The notes under the pieces were generated by a model that was not told the origin of the DNA, made no database searches, and was given only the letters and a program-made list of their open reading frames with translations. A program made the translations under genes and the position numbers. From assembly GCA_963933885.1 (NCBI GenBank), contig CAWVWF010000002.1, positions 124-64,123 on the forward strand: a stretch of DNA of 64,000 nucleotides. The letters run 5' to 3'. The DNA comes from an uncultured Flavobacteriales bacterium. Its GTDB lineage: Bacteria; Bacteroidota; Bacteroidia; Flavobacteriales_C; GCA-002722245. Below are positions 42,004-52,274 of this stretch, one piece after another (positions within the stretch are counted from its first letter, which is position 1; the number at the start of each line of letters is the position of its first letter).

Positions 42004-43560
42004 ATGGATAAGGTGAAAATTTTATGGGCGGATGATGAGATTGACTTGTTAAAGCCGCATATTTTGTTTCTAGAAAACAAGGGTTACGAGGTAACTAAAG
42101 CTAAAAGTGGTGATGAAGCAATTGATTTAGTTGTAGAAAACCATTACGATGTTGTGTTCCTAGATGAGAATATGCCTGGCGTTTCAGGGTTAGATGCATT
42201 AATTGCAATTAAAAAAGAACGTAAAAGCTTACCAGTAGTCATGATTACGAAGAGTGAGGAGGAGCATATAATGGAGGATGCTATTGGTAGTGAAATCTCT
42301 GATTATCTTATAAAACCCGTTAATCCAAATCAAATATTATTGTCACTTAAGAAGATTTTAGACAATTCGAGATTAGTTAGTGAGAAATCAACTTCGGATT
42401 ATCAAAAAGAATTTCGTGAAATAGGTATGCGACTTTCTGATCATTTAGAAGCTGAAGACTGGGTTGACATTCAAAAGAAATTGGTTTATTGGGATTTAAA
42501 ACTTTCTAATAGTCCAGATTCTGGAATGGATGAAATTCTGAAAATGCAAAAAACTGAGGCAAATGGAGCTTTTTCCAAGTTTATTGGAAGGAACTATTTG
42601 GATTGGTTGAATGCGCCAGATGAAGACACTCCAACAATGTCTCATACGCTTTTAAAAGATAAATTATTACCTAAGCTAAAGTCTGGAAAACCAACCTTTT
42701 TATTGTTAATGGATTGCCTTCGTTATGATCAATGGCGGGTTTTACAACCTGAGTTTGCAAAGCACTTTCAAATAGAAGAAGATACATGTTATGTGTCTAT
42801 TTTACCAACTGCAACTCAATATGCTAGGAATTCAATTTTTGCTGGTTTAATGCCATCTGAGATTGAAAAAAGATTTCCAAATAAGTGGTTAAACGATAAT
42901 GATGAAGGTAGAAAGAATGACTTTGAAGAGGACTTCGTAAATGATCTGCTACAAAGAAATGGTTTGGGTGATCTTAAAGTGTCTTATAATAAAATCACCA
43001 ATTTGTATAAAGGGAAAAAATTATTGGAAGATTTCCATCAGTTAATGAATAATGATTTGAATGTCATTGTATATAACTTTGTTGATACATTAAGTCATGC
43101 TAGAACTGATATAAAAGTTATGCGTGAGTTGGCGGAAGATGAGAAAGGTTATCGTAGCATTACCAAGTCATGGTTTGAGAACTCACCGTTATTGGAAATG
43201 CTTAAAAAACTGAATGGAACTGAATCAGAAATTGTGTTAACTACGGATCATGGAACTGTCCATGTAGATAGTCCAGTTAAGGTAACGGGTGATAAAGAAA
43301 TCAGCAGTAATTTAAGGTACAAAGCTGGTAGAAATATGCAATATAAAAGTAAAGATGTATTTGAGATCAGTGATCCAAAAGAAGCATTTTTACCAAAGCC
43401 AAATGTGAGTACAAAATATATATTTGCAAGGAATGATGATTTTTTCGCGTATCCGAATAATTATAATCATTATGTTAAATATTACAGAAATACTTTTCAG
43501 CATGGTGGAATTTCATTAGAAGAAATGGTGATTCCAGTTATTTCTATGAAAAGTAAATAA
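42004..43560 (+). CDS. porX: PorX-type response regulator (receiver plus PglZ/alkaline-phosphatase-like domain)
   Basis: 518 aa. The N-terminal REC domain (ILWADDEIDLL...VFLDENMPGVSG) is followed by a long C-terminal PglZ-like region. No DNA-binding domain is present. Confidence 0.7.
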   Translation: MDKVKILWADDEIDLLKPHILFLENKGYEVTKAKSGDEAIDLVVENHYDVVFLDENMPGVSGLDALIAIKKERKSLPVVMITKSEEEHIMEDAIGSEISDYLIKPVNPNQILLSLKKILDNSRLVSEKSTSDYQKEFREIGMRLSDHLEAEDWVDIQKKLVYWDLKLSNSPDSGMDEILKMQKTEANGAFSKFIGRNYLDWLNAPDEDTPTMSHTLLKDKLLPKLKSGKPTFLLLMDCLRYDQWRVLQPEFAKHFQIEEDTCYVSILPTATQYARNSIFAGLMPSEIEKRFPNKWLNDNDEGRKNDFEEDFVNDLLQRNGLGDLKVSYNKITNLYKGKKLLEDFHQLMNNDLNVIVYNFVDTLSHARTDIKVMRELAEDEKGYRSITKSWFENSPLLEMLKKLNGTESEIVLTTDHGTVHVDSPVKVTGDKEISSNLRYKAGRNMQYKSKDVFEISDPKEAFLPKPNVSTKYIFARNDDFFAYPNNYNHYVKYYRNTFQHGGISLEEMVIPVISMKSK

Positions 43561-43967
43561 TGAAAATAACGGCAGGTAATTTAGCAGGTTTAACAATTGT
43601 TGCTCAGGAAATCATTAAGCATTCTTTGGAAAAAAAGATTGTCTTGTTGAATGGCGAAATGGGTGTTGGTAAAACGACATTGGTTAAAGAGATTACTAGA
43701 TTATTAGGTGTAGAAGAAAACGTTAGTAGTCCAACTTTTTCTATTGTTAATGAATATCATGGAAATGAAGTGATTTATCATTTTGATTTTTATCGATTGG
43801 AAGAGGAAGAAGAAGCATACGATTTTGGTGTTGAAGAATATTTTGATTCGGGAAATCTTTGTTTACTAGAATGGCCGGAAAAAATTAGTAACTTGTTGCC
43901 AACTTCAGACCTTTGTTTGGATGTTCAGATTACGGTAGAAGATAATATTAGAGTTTATAATTTTTAA
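43560..43967 (+). CDS. tsaE: tRNA t6A biosynthesis ATPase TsaE (YjeE)
   Basis: 135 aa with a P-loop (LNGEMGVGKTTL). The start overlaps the porX stop (TAATG). Confidence 0.8.
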   Translation: MKITAGNLAGLTIVAQEIIKHSLEKKIVLLNGEMGVGKTTLVKEITRLLGVEENVSSPTFSIVNEYHGNEVIYHFDFYRLEEEEEAYDFGVEEYFDSGNLCLLEWPEKISNLLPTSDLCLDVQITVEDNIRVYNF

Positions 43968-43978
43968 GGGAGGGGAAT

Positions 43979-45199
43979 ATGAAGTCATCAGATTTAATTA
44001 AGCATTTAACAGAAAGTGGATTAATGCCACAGGAGGAAATGTTAGAAGTACAATGTGGAGATAGAAGTTTATATATAGGAATTCCTAAAGAAAGTGCCTT
44101 TCAAGAAAAAAGGGTGGCTCTTGTGCCAAATAGTGTTGGATTATTGGTTTCGAACGGTCATAGAGTTGTTGTTGAAAAAGGTGCTGGAGTTGCAGCAAAT
44201 TTTTCGGATAAAGACTATAGTGAAGCAGGTGCTGAGATCGCTTATAGAACAGAAGATGTTTTTAAAGCAGATATTATTATAAAAGTAGCTCCGTTAACAC
44301 TTGAGGAAATGGAATTTTTAGATCCTCTTCAAAAACAAATTTTATTCTCTGCATTACAACTTTCATCCCAACCAAAAGATAGCATGAAGATGCTAATGAA
44401 AAAGAAAGTGACTGGTATCGCATACGATTTCATTAAAGATAGAGAAGGCGTTTACCCTATTGTTAGATCAATGAGTGAAATTGCAGGAAATACATCAATT
44501 CTTATCGCTGCTGAATACTTGAGTAATGCCAATAACGGTCATGGTGTTATGATGGGTGGAGTACCCGGAGTAAAGCCTACGGAAGTAGTTATTTTAGGAG
44601 CAGGTGGAGTTGGAGAATTTGCAGCAAGAGCGGCGTTAGGGTTAGGAGCATCAGTTAAAATATTTGATAACGAATCACATAGATTAAGGAGAGTACTTAT
44701 TAACTTAGGTCAGCGTATTTATACATCTATTATTCAGCCAAAATTGTTAAAGAAAGCATTGATGAATGCGGATGTTGTAATTGGAGCTTTACGACCTAAA
44801 AATGGTAGAACACCTTGTGTTGTTTCTGAAGATATGATTTCAGATATGAAATTTGGATCTGTAATTATTGATGTAAGTATTGATACAGGAGGATGTTTCG
44901 AAACGTCAGAAATTACTTCACATGAAAATCCAGTATTTAAGAAATACGGAGTTACACATTACTGTGTACCAAATATTGCTTCTCGTGTTAGTAGAACGGC
45001 CTCATATGCTTTAAGTAATATTTTCACACCAATGATACTTGATATGGGTGAAGATGGAGGACTGGAAAAGATGATGCATAATCAAGCTGGAATAAGAAAT
45101 GGTGTTTATATGTATAAGGGAATTTTAACGAGTAAAACACTTGGAGAAACTTTCGATTTACCATACAAAAACATCGATTTGTTAATGGCTGCTATCTAA
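43979..45199 (+). CDS. ald: alanine dehydrogenase
   Basis: 406 aa in the AlaDH/PNT family. The Rossmann motif GAGGVG is present. Confidence 0.7.
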   Translation: MKSSDLIKHLTESGLMPQEEMLEVQCGDRSLYIGIPKESAFQEKRVALVPNSVGLLVSNGHRVVVEKGAGVAANFSDKDYSEAGAEIAYRTEDVFKADIIIKVAPLTLEEMEFLDPLQKQILFSALQLSSQPKDSMKMLMKKKVTGIAYDFIKDREGVYPIVRSMSEIAGNTSILIAAEYLSNANNGHGVMMGGVPGVKPTEVVILGAGGVGEFAARAALGLGASVKIFDNESHRLRRVLINLGQRIYTSIIQPKLLKKALMNADVVIGALRPKNGRTPCVVSEDMISDMKFGSVIIDVSIDTGGCFETSEITSHENPVFKKYGVTHYCVPNIASRVSRTASYALSNIFTPMILDMGEDGGLEKMMHNQAGIRNGVYMYKGILTSKTLGETFDLPYKNIDLLMAAI

Positions 45200-45308
45200 T
45201 TAGGTTTTATCCAATTTATTATTTTCATACATACGTAAATAAAAGTTTAAAATTGTTTTTGTAATACAAGCAAACACAATATATTTACCGGTATTAATTG
45301 ATTCAGAT

Positions 45309-45740
45309 ATGGGTGAAACATTAGCATTAATAAACGCATTAGCATTATTTGTGATTGGTGTTTTTCACTTTTATTGGGCAGCAGGGGGTAAAGTAGGATC
45401 TAAAGTAGTTTTACCTGAGGTCGAAAAGGAAGGTTTAGCTTTTAAACCGTCAAATTTTGCAACTGTTCTTGTAGGATTTATTTTTTTCTCATTGGGTTTA
45501 TTTCCACTGATTATTATGAATGTCATAGATATCCCATTGCCTAAATTCTTGAGTGACTATTCAATGATATGTTTAGGAGGAGTGTTTATAATTAGAGCTA
45601 TTGGTGAATTTAATTATGTAGGCTTTTTTAAGAAAGTTAAAAGCACAAAATTTGCACAATTTGACACGAAATATTTTTCACCTCTGTCTTTAATTCTTGG
45701 AGTCTTTTTCTTCTTAATTGAATTTATTTTCAGATCATAA
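45309..45740 (+). CDS. small membrane protein (DUF3995-like)
   Basis: 143 aa with four hydrophobic helices. Confidence 0.45.
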   Translation: MGETLALINALALFVIGVFHFYWAAGGKVGSKVVLPEVEKEGLAFKPSNFATVLVGFIFFSLGLFPLIIMNVIDIPLPKFLSDYSMICLGGVFIIRAIGEFNYVGFFKKVKSTKFAQFDTKYFSPLSLILGVFFFLIEFIFRS

Positions 45741-45784
45741 TCTGTTTTAGCATTTTTCTTTTTCGAAATGTGTAATTTTGCGTT

Positions 45785-46309
45785 ATGAAAAAAAGTAAAC
45801 GGTTTTTTATTTTCTTTTCTAGTGCAGGAATCATGAGTTTTTTCCTTCTTTTTACACTTTCAGTAAGAGAGGATAAGCCACTAGATAAGTATACTGATTG
45901 GATGCCTGGAAATAGAGTTCTTTCCCTAATGTTAGAAAGGAAGAATCCTGATGGGAAATCAATACCGAAAAAAATTGATTTGTTAAAAGCTGTACCAGAT
46001 AGCTTGGAATCTAATGGAATTACGAGACTTGAACTTTTACACGCCTTGAAAAAAGGTGACGTTCAGTTATTTCATCACTTAACACACCCAAGAGCAAAAC
46101 CAAAATCCTATTACATAGATATTGAGATTAATGATAAGTCTTTTGGAATAATCGCAGTAATTAGTACAGGTTATACTGAAATTGTTTCATTTGGAGCACC
46201 AATATTAAACACTTCAAATGAGGTTTATTTAGTGGTGGGGGTACTATCATCAGTCTTAATTATTTTATTTTTAATGTTTCGACGTTTATTTAAAAGGTTT
46301 GCAGACTAG
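45785..46309 (+). CDS. hypothetical membrane-anchored protein
   Basis: 174 aa with an N-terminal signal anchor and a C-terminal TM helix. Confidence 0.4.
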   Translation: MKKSKRFFIFFSSAGIMSFFLLFTLSVREDKPLDKYTDWMPGNRVLSLMLERKNPDGKSIPKKIDLLKAVPDSLESNGITRLELLHALKKGDVQLFHHLTHPRAKPKSYYIDIEINDKSFGIIAVISTGYTEIVSFGAPILNTSNEVYLVVGVLSSVLIILFLMFRRLFKRFAD

Positions 46310-46394
46310 AATTAGTTTCAATAAGAAGCGAGATCTGACAATCTCATGACCAGATATTTTCATTTATTTCGATAGTTTTATTAAAAACATAACA

Positions 46395-47417
46395 ATGGCA
46401 TTTCAGAACGATTTAATTTTAAAAGCAGCAAGAGGAGAAAACGTTGACAGAACACCTGTATGGTTAATGCGTCAAGCTGGAAGAATTTTAAAAGAATATC
46501 GTGATATCCGTGGAAAATTATCTGGTTTTAAAGAACTAGTTGAAACTCCAGAGTTAGCAGCAGAGGTTACTATTCAACCAGTAGACTTATTAGGAGTAGA
46601 TGCTGCAATAATATTTAGTGATATTTTAGTAGTTCCTGAAGCAATGGGACTAACATATCAAATGATCGAGAAACAAGGTCCTTGGTTTGAAAACACTATT
46701 CAAACGATGGCTGATGTTGATAAGATGATTGTTCCAGATCCTTATGAGCATTTAGCTTACACGCTTGATGCAATAAAAATAACTAAGCAAGAATTAAATG
46801 GAAGAGTACCAATAATAGGGTTTGCAGGAGCGCCTTGGACAATTTTTTCATATATGATTGAAGGTAGTGGGAGTAAGACATTTTCTAAAGCAAAAAAGAT
46901 GCTTTACACTAATCCAACTTTATCACACGCATTATTACAAAAGATTACTGAAACTACTATTGGATATTTAAAGGCTCAAGTTGTTAGTGGAGCTGATATG
47001 GTTCAAGTTTTCGATAGTTGGGCTGGTATACTAAGTAAACAACAATACAAAGAATTCGCTTTGCCTTACATCTCGCAAATTTGTGATGCTATTGAAAATG
47101 TACCAGTTACTGTTTTTGCTAAAGGTGCATATTTCATTAGGGAGGAGTTAGGAGCTTTAAATTGCCAAACTATAGGATTAGATTGGAATATGGATCCTAT
47201 TGAATCAAGGGCTTTAATAGGTGATAGTAAAACGCTTCAAGGTAATTTAGATCCATGTGTACTTTATTCTGGATTTAGTAATATCGAAAAGGAAACAAAA
47301 GAGATGCTAAAGAAGTTTGAGGGTACTCCTCATATCGCAAATCTTGGTCATGGTGTTTATCCTGATATGACGCCCGATGCTGTTAGGTGCTTTATTGAAA
47401 CTGTTAAAGCATACTAG
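46395..47417 (+). CDS. hemE: uroporphyrinogen decarboxylase
   Basis: 340 aa with the URO-D N-terminal motif ([10 protein letters not shown]). Confidence 0.9.
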   Translation: MAFQNDLILKAARGENVDRTPVWLMRQAGRILKEYRDIRGKLSGFKELVETPELAAEVTIQPVDLLGVDAAIIFSDILVVPEAMGLTYQMIEKQGPWFENTIQTMADVDKMIVPDPYEHLAYTLDAIKITKQELNGRVPIIGFAGAPWTIFSYMIEGSGSKTFSKAKKMLYTNPTLSHALLQKITETTIGYLKAQVVSGADMVQVFDSWAGILSKQQYKEFALPYISQICDAIENVPVTVFAKGAYFIREELGALNCQTIGLDWNMDPIESRALIGDSKTLQGNLDPCVLYSGFSNIEKETKEMLKKFEGTPHIANLGHGVYPDMTPDAVRCFIETVKAY

Positions 47418-47426
47418 TTTTAGAAC

Positions 47427-47463
47427 AAAAAAAAGCTCCTTTCAAATGGGGGGAGAAAGGAGC
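47427..47463. terminator. bidirectional hairpin terminator between convergent hemE and the response regulator gene
   Basis: Perfect 9-bp stem GCTCCTTTC/GAAAGGAGC with an A8 run on the plus strand, which gives a U-tract for the minus-strand transcript. Confidence 0.6.
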
Positions 47464-47493
47464 AAACTTATTTAGTGGGTAAACTATAATAAA

Positions 47494-47925
47494 TTATCTA
47501 ATTAATTCTGTTATTTCAATTACAAGTGCTTTTTCAAATTCTTTTAATGATTTAGCGCCTTTTTGAATAAAATGACTAGCGCCACCGAAGAGTAGTTTAT
47601 GTTTTACTATATCTCCGCTTTCACCAGTATATGATATTATTTTTAGTTTAGGATTAAAAGATTTTACTTCTTCTAAAATATCTAATCCACTTATGTCTGA
47701 ATCGTCGTCCTTATCTAGTCTATAATCTAAGATTACAATTGCAGGTATTGTAGGGTCGGCTGAATCGTAAAATGCATTTGTATTATCGAAGTACGAAAAC
47801 TTAAAAGGAATTGGTGTTGTTAAAGTCGATTTAATCTTTTCCATGAATTGTGTGATAATTTTCATAAAAATAGGATCGTCGTCAATTACGTAAATATTTA
47901 ATTCATCTAAATTGTACTTGCTCAT
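47494..47925 (-). CDS. stand-alone response-regulator receiver domain protein
   Basis: 143 aa with REC-like Asp positions (VIDDDP...LDYRLDK). No output domain. Confidence 0.6.
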   Translation of the reverse strand: MSKYNLDELNIYVIDDDPIFMKIITQFMEKIKSTLTTPIPFKFSYFDNTNAFYDSADPTIPAIVILDYRLDKDDDSDISGLDILEEVKSFNPKLKIISYTGESGDIVKHKLLFGGASHFIQKGAKSLKEFEKALVIEITELIR

Positions 47926-48006
47926 AACTATATTTGTTAGGATATGAACCTACGGTAATTCATTGATTTTGTTACGTATAGGGTATTTTTTGGTGAAGTA
48001 AAGGCA

Positions 48007-48035
48007 TAAAAAAACCTACCGGAGTAGGAATTTTT
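48007..48035 (-). terminator. probable terminator of the lipoprotein gene
   Basis: Short stem CCTAC/GTAGG preceded on the plus strand by an A8 run, which gives a U-tract on the minus strand. Confidence 0.35.
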
Positions 48036-48068
48036 ATATTGTTGATATTGAACTTAAAACCTAAAATA

Positions 48069-48689
48069 TTACATGTTTTTTATTTTCAGTAAAACTGTCA
48101 TTCCGTGGAAAATTGTATCAGTTGTACCCTCTTCTTCATTTGGAATTAAGCTGATTTCTTCATCAGGAAACTCATAATCTAATGTGAAAACTGTCAGCGA
48201 ATTTCTGCTAGTATCAGCATCATTCCAAACGTATTTGTAATCTTCCGTATTCACATAATTACCATATTTACCGTTGAAATAAACACTCATTTCATTAAAT
48301 ATTTTTTCTGCTAAATCATCTTTTTCCTTGGCACTACTTCCGTGAGGATTAATCTCAAGTTTTAGTTTAGTTACAACATTATTTTTATCATAAAAATACT
48401 CTATATCAGCCCAATAATCTGTTGAAATGTCTGGTGTGAAATTAACATTAATACCATCTTTTGCAGCAAGGTCTTCATCCTTTTCAATTATTTTACTAAC
48501 CGACTCACCTAAAGTAAAACCTCTAATGTGACTTCTTTCCGACTTTATTAATTCTTGTAATGCAGGTGATGATTCTGTAAGTTTAATCACATCTTGAGGC
48601 TGTGTTTGAATTGTCGAATCTGGACAATCAGCTTTACATCCAATTAAAATTGCTGAAGCACTAATGGCGAATATAAATTTCTGTATCAT
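48069..48689 (-). CDS. lipoprotein, hypothetical
   Basis: 206 aa with an ILIGC lipobox. Acidic. Confidence 0.5.
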   Translation of the reverse strand: MIQKFIFAISASAILIGCKADCPDSTIQTQPQDVIKLTESSPALQELIKSERSHIRGFTLGESVSKIIEKDEDLAAKDGINVNFTPDISTDYWADIEYFYDKNNVVTKLKLEINPHGSSAKEKDDLAEKIFNEMSVYFNGKYGNYVNTEDYKYVWNDADTSRNSLTVFTLDYEFPDEEISLIPNEEEGTTDTIFHGMTVLLKIKNM

Positions 48690-48767
48690 AATTAACTTTT
48701 ACTAGTAGTATTAACAACCTTGTTCATATGCGATTTTCTGAAAAATGTTTCAAAAAGACAGAGAAAT

Positions 48768-49391
48768 TTAAATTAACTCAAACCGTTTTAGCATTTGATG
48801 TATATCCTCCTTTTGTAAATCAAGCCATTCAGCTTTAATATTTGCCTTTAATGCTCCTTTAACATGCTGAGGTGAATCATCTATAAACAAGGTTTCGTTT
48901 TCCTTTAATTGATGTGTACTGACAATATGTTTGAAACCCTCTGCTTTAGGTTTTCTAATCCCTAATGTGTTAGATAAATATACAACCTCAAAGTGATCAT
49001 CCAGATTTTTCACACCAAGTTGCTCTTCTAAAATTTCCCAGACTTTTTCAATATGGATTTGATTCGTATTACTATATAAGAACAAACGATATTTACTTTT
49101 TAGTTCAATTAAAAGTTCAAGTCGTTTTTTTGGCATACCTAAAAGCATGATATTCCATGCCTTTTTAATAACCTCATGATCGTGATTCTTCCCACATAAA
49201 GAGTTGATCCCATCAAAAAATTCAGATGGTGAAATTTTTCCTTCTTCGATTTGATCAAAGATATCAATTTGATTGGCTTTTGAAAAAGCATTTGAGAGTC
49301 CGAGTTTTCCAAATTCATCAGTTGTTTTTTCGTAACTCAGATCGAACAAAACTCCACCTAAATCAAGAATAATATTTTTAATGTCTTTCAT
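48768..49391 (-). CDS. HAD-superfamily hydrolase
   Basis: HAD motif I (LDLGGVLFD) at the N-terminus after moving the start to the internal Met. Motif IV (FIDDS) is also present. Confidence 0.7.
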   Translation of the reverse strand: MKDIKNIILDLGGVLFDLSYEKTTDEFGKLGLSNAFSKANQIDIFDQIEEGKISPSEFFDGINSLCGKNHDHEVIKKAWNIMLLGMPKKRLELLIELKSKYRLFLYSNTNQIHIEKVWEILEEQLGVKNLDDHFEVVYLSNTLGIRKPKAEGFKHIVSTHQLKENETLFIDDSPQHVKGALKANIKAEWLDLQKEDIHQMLKRFELI

Positions 49392-49471
49392 GTGTTTTAG
49401 TTTCTTATAAGATTGATATAAGTAAAAGTAAAAAACTATACCTTTGTACATTACTCAAAACAAATTTTATT

Positions 49472-49843
49472 ATGAAAAAGCATTTATTAGTTGTCTTGTT
49501 AACAATGGGAATTTGGGGATTCGGAAAAGCTCAAATGACAATTGAAGAACAAGTTGCAGATACTGCTTGCGCTTGTTTGAGTATGTTGGACACATCGGAA
49601 ATTAAGATCAATGCAAATGTGTTGAAGATGACTTGTTTACAAGAAGCTATTGAAAAGAACATGGTAGCGATCCAAAAAAACCATGCAACTGAGCAACGAA
49701 GAGAAGAAGATCAGGAAAAGCTTGGGATTAGAGGTAGTTTAAGGATTAAAGTTCAAAATGTTTTAACTAAAAACTGTACTGTTTACGCAAAGTTTGAGCA
49801 AAAAATGCAAACTCAACGTGAATCAGGAAGAGGAAGAAGATAA
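49472..49843 (+). CDS. small secreted Cys-containing protein
   Basis: 123 aa with a signal peptide, four Cys and a basic C-terminus. It ends 2 nt before thiL. Confidence 0.4.
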   Translation: MKKHLLVVLLTMGIWGFGKAQMTIEEQVADTACACLSMLDTSEIKINANVLKMTCLQEAIEKNMVAIQKNHATEQRREEDQEKLGIRGSLRIKVQNVLTKNCTVYAKFEQKMQTQRESGRGRR

Positions 49844-49845
49844 TT

Positions 49846-50895
49846 ATGTTTCAAGAAGAATCTAAGAGAACGGAAATAGGAGATTTAGGTGAGTTTGGTT
49901 TAATTGATGCCATCACTAAGAATATTAAATTGCAGAACTCATCCTCTGAAAAAGGAATTGGAGATGACGCTGCTATCATTGATTATGGCGCAGATTCAAA
50001 AACTGTAGTTTCTACTGATATGTTGGTGGAGGGTGTGCACTTTGATTTAAGCTATACGCCATTAAAGCATTTAGGATATAAGGCTGTAGTGGTTAATATT
50101 TCTGATATAATGGCAATGAATGCTATTCCACGTCAGATTACTGTTTCTATTGCGCTTTCTAATCGTTTCTCTCTTGAAGCTGTAGAGGAGTTATACGCAG
50201 GAATTAATTTGGCTTGTGAAATTTACAATGTTGATTTAGTTGGTGGAGACACTACATCTTCATTATCAGGACTAGTTATTAGTGTTACTGCAATTGGAGA
50301 AGGTAAAGAAGGTAAAATTGTTTATCGAAATGAAGCTAAAGAATCTAATTTGTTGGTTGTTTCTGGAGATCTTGGAGGTGCCTATATGGGATTACAGATT
50401 TTAGAAAGAGAGAAACAAATTTTTAAAGAAAGCCCTACAGTTCAACCTGATTTAACAGATTGTAATTATATTATTGAGCGTCAACTTAAGCCAGAAGCTA
50501 GGTTAGATGTAATTAAAGAGTTTGAAAAACTTGACATTCTTCCAAAGGCTATGATTGATATTTCTGATGGTTTATCATCGGAGGTATTACATTTATGTAA
50601 GCAATCTAAGCTAGGAGTTAGTGTATATGAAGATAAGCTTCCAATTGATCAACAAACTTTTGATAGAGCAAGGGATAATCACTTAGATCCAACAATGTGT
50701 GCTCTTAATGGTGGTGAAGATTATGAACTTTTGTTTGCGCTTGATTTAGCAGATTATGAGAAAGTTAAAGATCATCCAAAATTTACAGTTGTAGGTCATT
50801 TTGTAGCTGAGTCTGAAGGATGCAATTTAACTGCTAAAGGAGGAACAAGTCATCCATTAGAAGCTCAAGGTTGGAATCCACTTAAAGAAGGTTAA
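49846..50895 (+). CDS. thiL: thiamine-monophosphate kinase
   Basis: 349 aa with AIR-synthase-related fold motifs (GIGDDAA, LVGGDTTSS). Confidence 0.8.
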   Translation: MFQEESKRTEIGDLGEFGLIDAITKNIKLQNSSSEKGIGDDAAIIDYGADSKTVVSTDMLVEGVHFDLSYTPLKHLGYKAVVVNISDIMAMNAIPRQITVSIALSNRFSLEAVEELYAGINLACEIYNVDLVGGDTTSSLSGLVISVTAIGEGKEGKIVYRNEAKESNLLVVSGDLGGAYMGLQILEREKQIFKESPTVQPDLTDCNYIIERQLKPEARLDVIKEFEKLDILPKAMIDISDGLSSEVLHLCKQSKLGVSVYEDKLPIDQQTFDRARDNHLDPTMCALNGGEDYELLFALDLADYEKVKDHPKFTVVGHFVAESEGCNLTAKGGTSHPLEAQGWNPLKEG

Positions 50896-50902
50896 TCTTT
50901 TG

Positions 50903-50930
50903 AAAAAAAAGCCGCTCAAAAGAGCGGCTT
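50903..50930. terminator. hairpin terminator (bidirectional)
   Basis: Perfect 9-bp stem AAGCCGCTC/GAGCGGCTT with an AAAA loop, preceded by an A8 run. The U-tract lies on the minus strand. Confidence 0.6.
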
Positions 50931-51178
50931 GGGGATAAGAACATCAGATTGCGATTTAATGTTCAGCATTCGCAATCGTCATAATATAGGATAATATACT
51001 AGTTACATATTAAGTAAAGTGATTCACTTATTGGGATATATGTAACATAATACTAATTTATAGCTTGTCTATTGAGGATAATTATTGAGTTTCAATAGTT
51101 ATTACCCGCTTTATATCGCGTTTTCAATCTTAAGCTAATGTAGTCCAGTATATTAATGCTTTTAAATATTACTTAGAT

Positions 51179-51625
51179 CTAAACAGCTTTAGCTTGTTTA
51201 TTCTTCTTTCTGTAAAGGAAAGATGTTAAGATATGCTTTCTAACAAATCTCATTTGTTTGTCTGAATTACATACTTTAATATAAAGTCCTTTATTAACTC
51301 CAAAGTACTCATATGTATTTCCATCTAGAAATTCAATTTCGAATAAAAGTCCTTTGTGTTTGAAATCTGAAATTCCACTTGCAATACTTACATTGTATTC
51401 TTCAATGTTTGCAGCAACAGTAGCAGGAGCAATACTTACTAAGAAATGGTAACCATCAATTACTTTTTTACCCATTAATTCAGCTTCCTTAGCTTTTTCA
51501 TCACCATCTTGAAACTTGTCAGGATGCCATTCTTTCACCAATTTTCTATATGATGATTTTAGTTCTTTAAGATCTAAAGCACCTTCAATATTAAATAACT
51601 TCTTGTATTCGTTAACTCGTTTCAT
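51179..51625 (-). CDS. DnaJ (J-domain) plus KTSC-domain protein
   Basis: 148 aa. A J-domain with HPD (YRKLVKEWHPDKF) is followed by a KTSC-like C-terminal region. Confidence 0.7.
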   Translation of the reverse strand: MKRVNEYKKLFNIEGALDLKELKSSYRKLVKEWHPDKFQDGDEKAKEAELMGKKVIDGYHFLVSIAPATVAANIEEYNVSIASGISDFKHKGLLFEIEFLDGNTYEYFGVNKGLYIKVCNSDKQMRFVRKHILTSFLYRKKNKQAKAV

Positions 51626-51895
51626 GATGTATTTCCTTTCTAAATTGAGTGCAAAATTACATGTTTTAATTAAATAATCAACAAAATTTAATAATTGGTG
51701 TTTTATTGTGGCCTAAGATCGGTAATTATTGATGGTTAAAAACGAATTCTTTTTTCTTGATTTTCTGAATAAACTCAATGGTTTCATCCACAGTTTACGA
51801 TATTTTATACACTCAAAAATAAAGGAAATAAATAGTACAATAATTCTCATCGATAATTCATTATCTTCGCAATAGTTATTTCTAAAGAAACATCA

Positions 51896-52255
51896 ATGAA
51901 GGTTATATATTCAATATTTGTATTAACAATAGTCACTCTTAGTTTTTCTCAGTGTACTAAAGAAACGATAGATGAAAATGGTGCAGGTACAGATATTATT
52001 GATTCAATATTTTATGACACAGACATTAAGCCTTTAATAGATGCGAAATGTATGTCATGCCACAGTGGTTCTAATCCATCAGCGGGTCTTAATTTAAGTA
52101 CTTACCAAGTTGTTAAGTTTCAAGCTGAGTTTGGTACGTTAATTAGTAGAATAAATGATAGTCAATCTCCTATGCCAGTTTCTGGATTGATGACTGCCGA
52201 TAATAGAGGTAAGTTTGATAAGTGGGTAACAGATGGATTTTTAGAAAATGAATAA
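51896..52255 (+). CDS. small lipoprotein with a single CXXCH heme-binding motif (Haem_bd / planctomycete-cytochrome-c-like domain)
   Basis: 119 aa with a LSFSQC lipobox. IKPLIDAKCMSCHSGSNPSAGLNLSTYQVV matches the PSCyt1/Haem_bd pattern (PIL..C..CH...gL.L.ty). Confidence 0.65.
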   Translation: MKVIYSIFVLTIVTLSFSQCTKETIDENGAGTDIIDSIFYDTDIKPLIDAKCMSCHSGSNPSAGLNLSTYQVVKFQAEFGTLISRINDSQSPMPVSGLMTADNRGKFDKWVTDGFLENE

Positions 52256-52274
52256 CACTAAAAAATTAGATACG

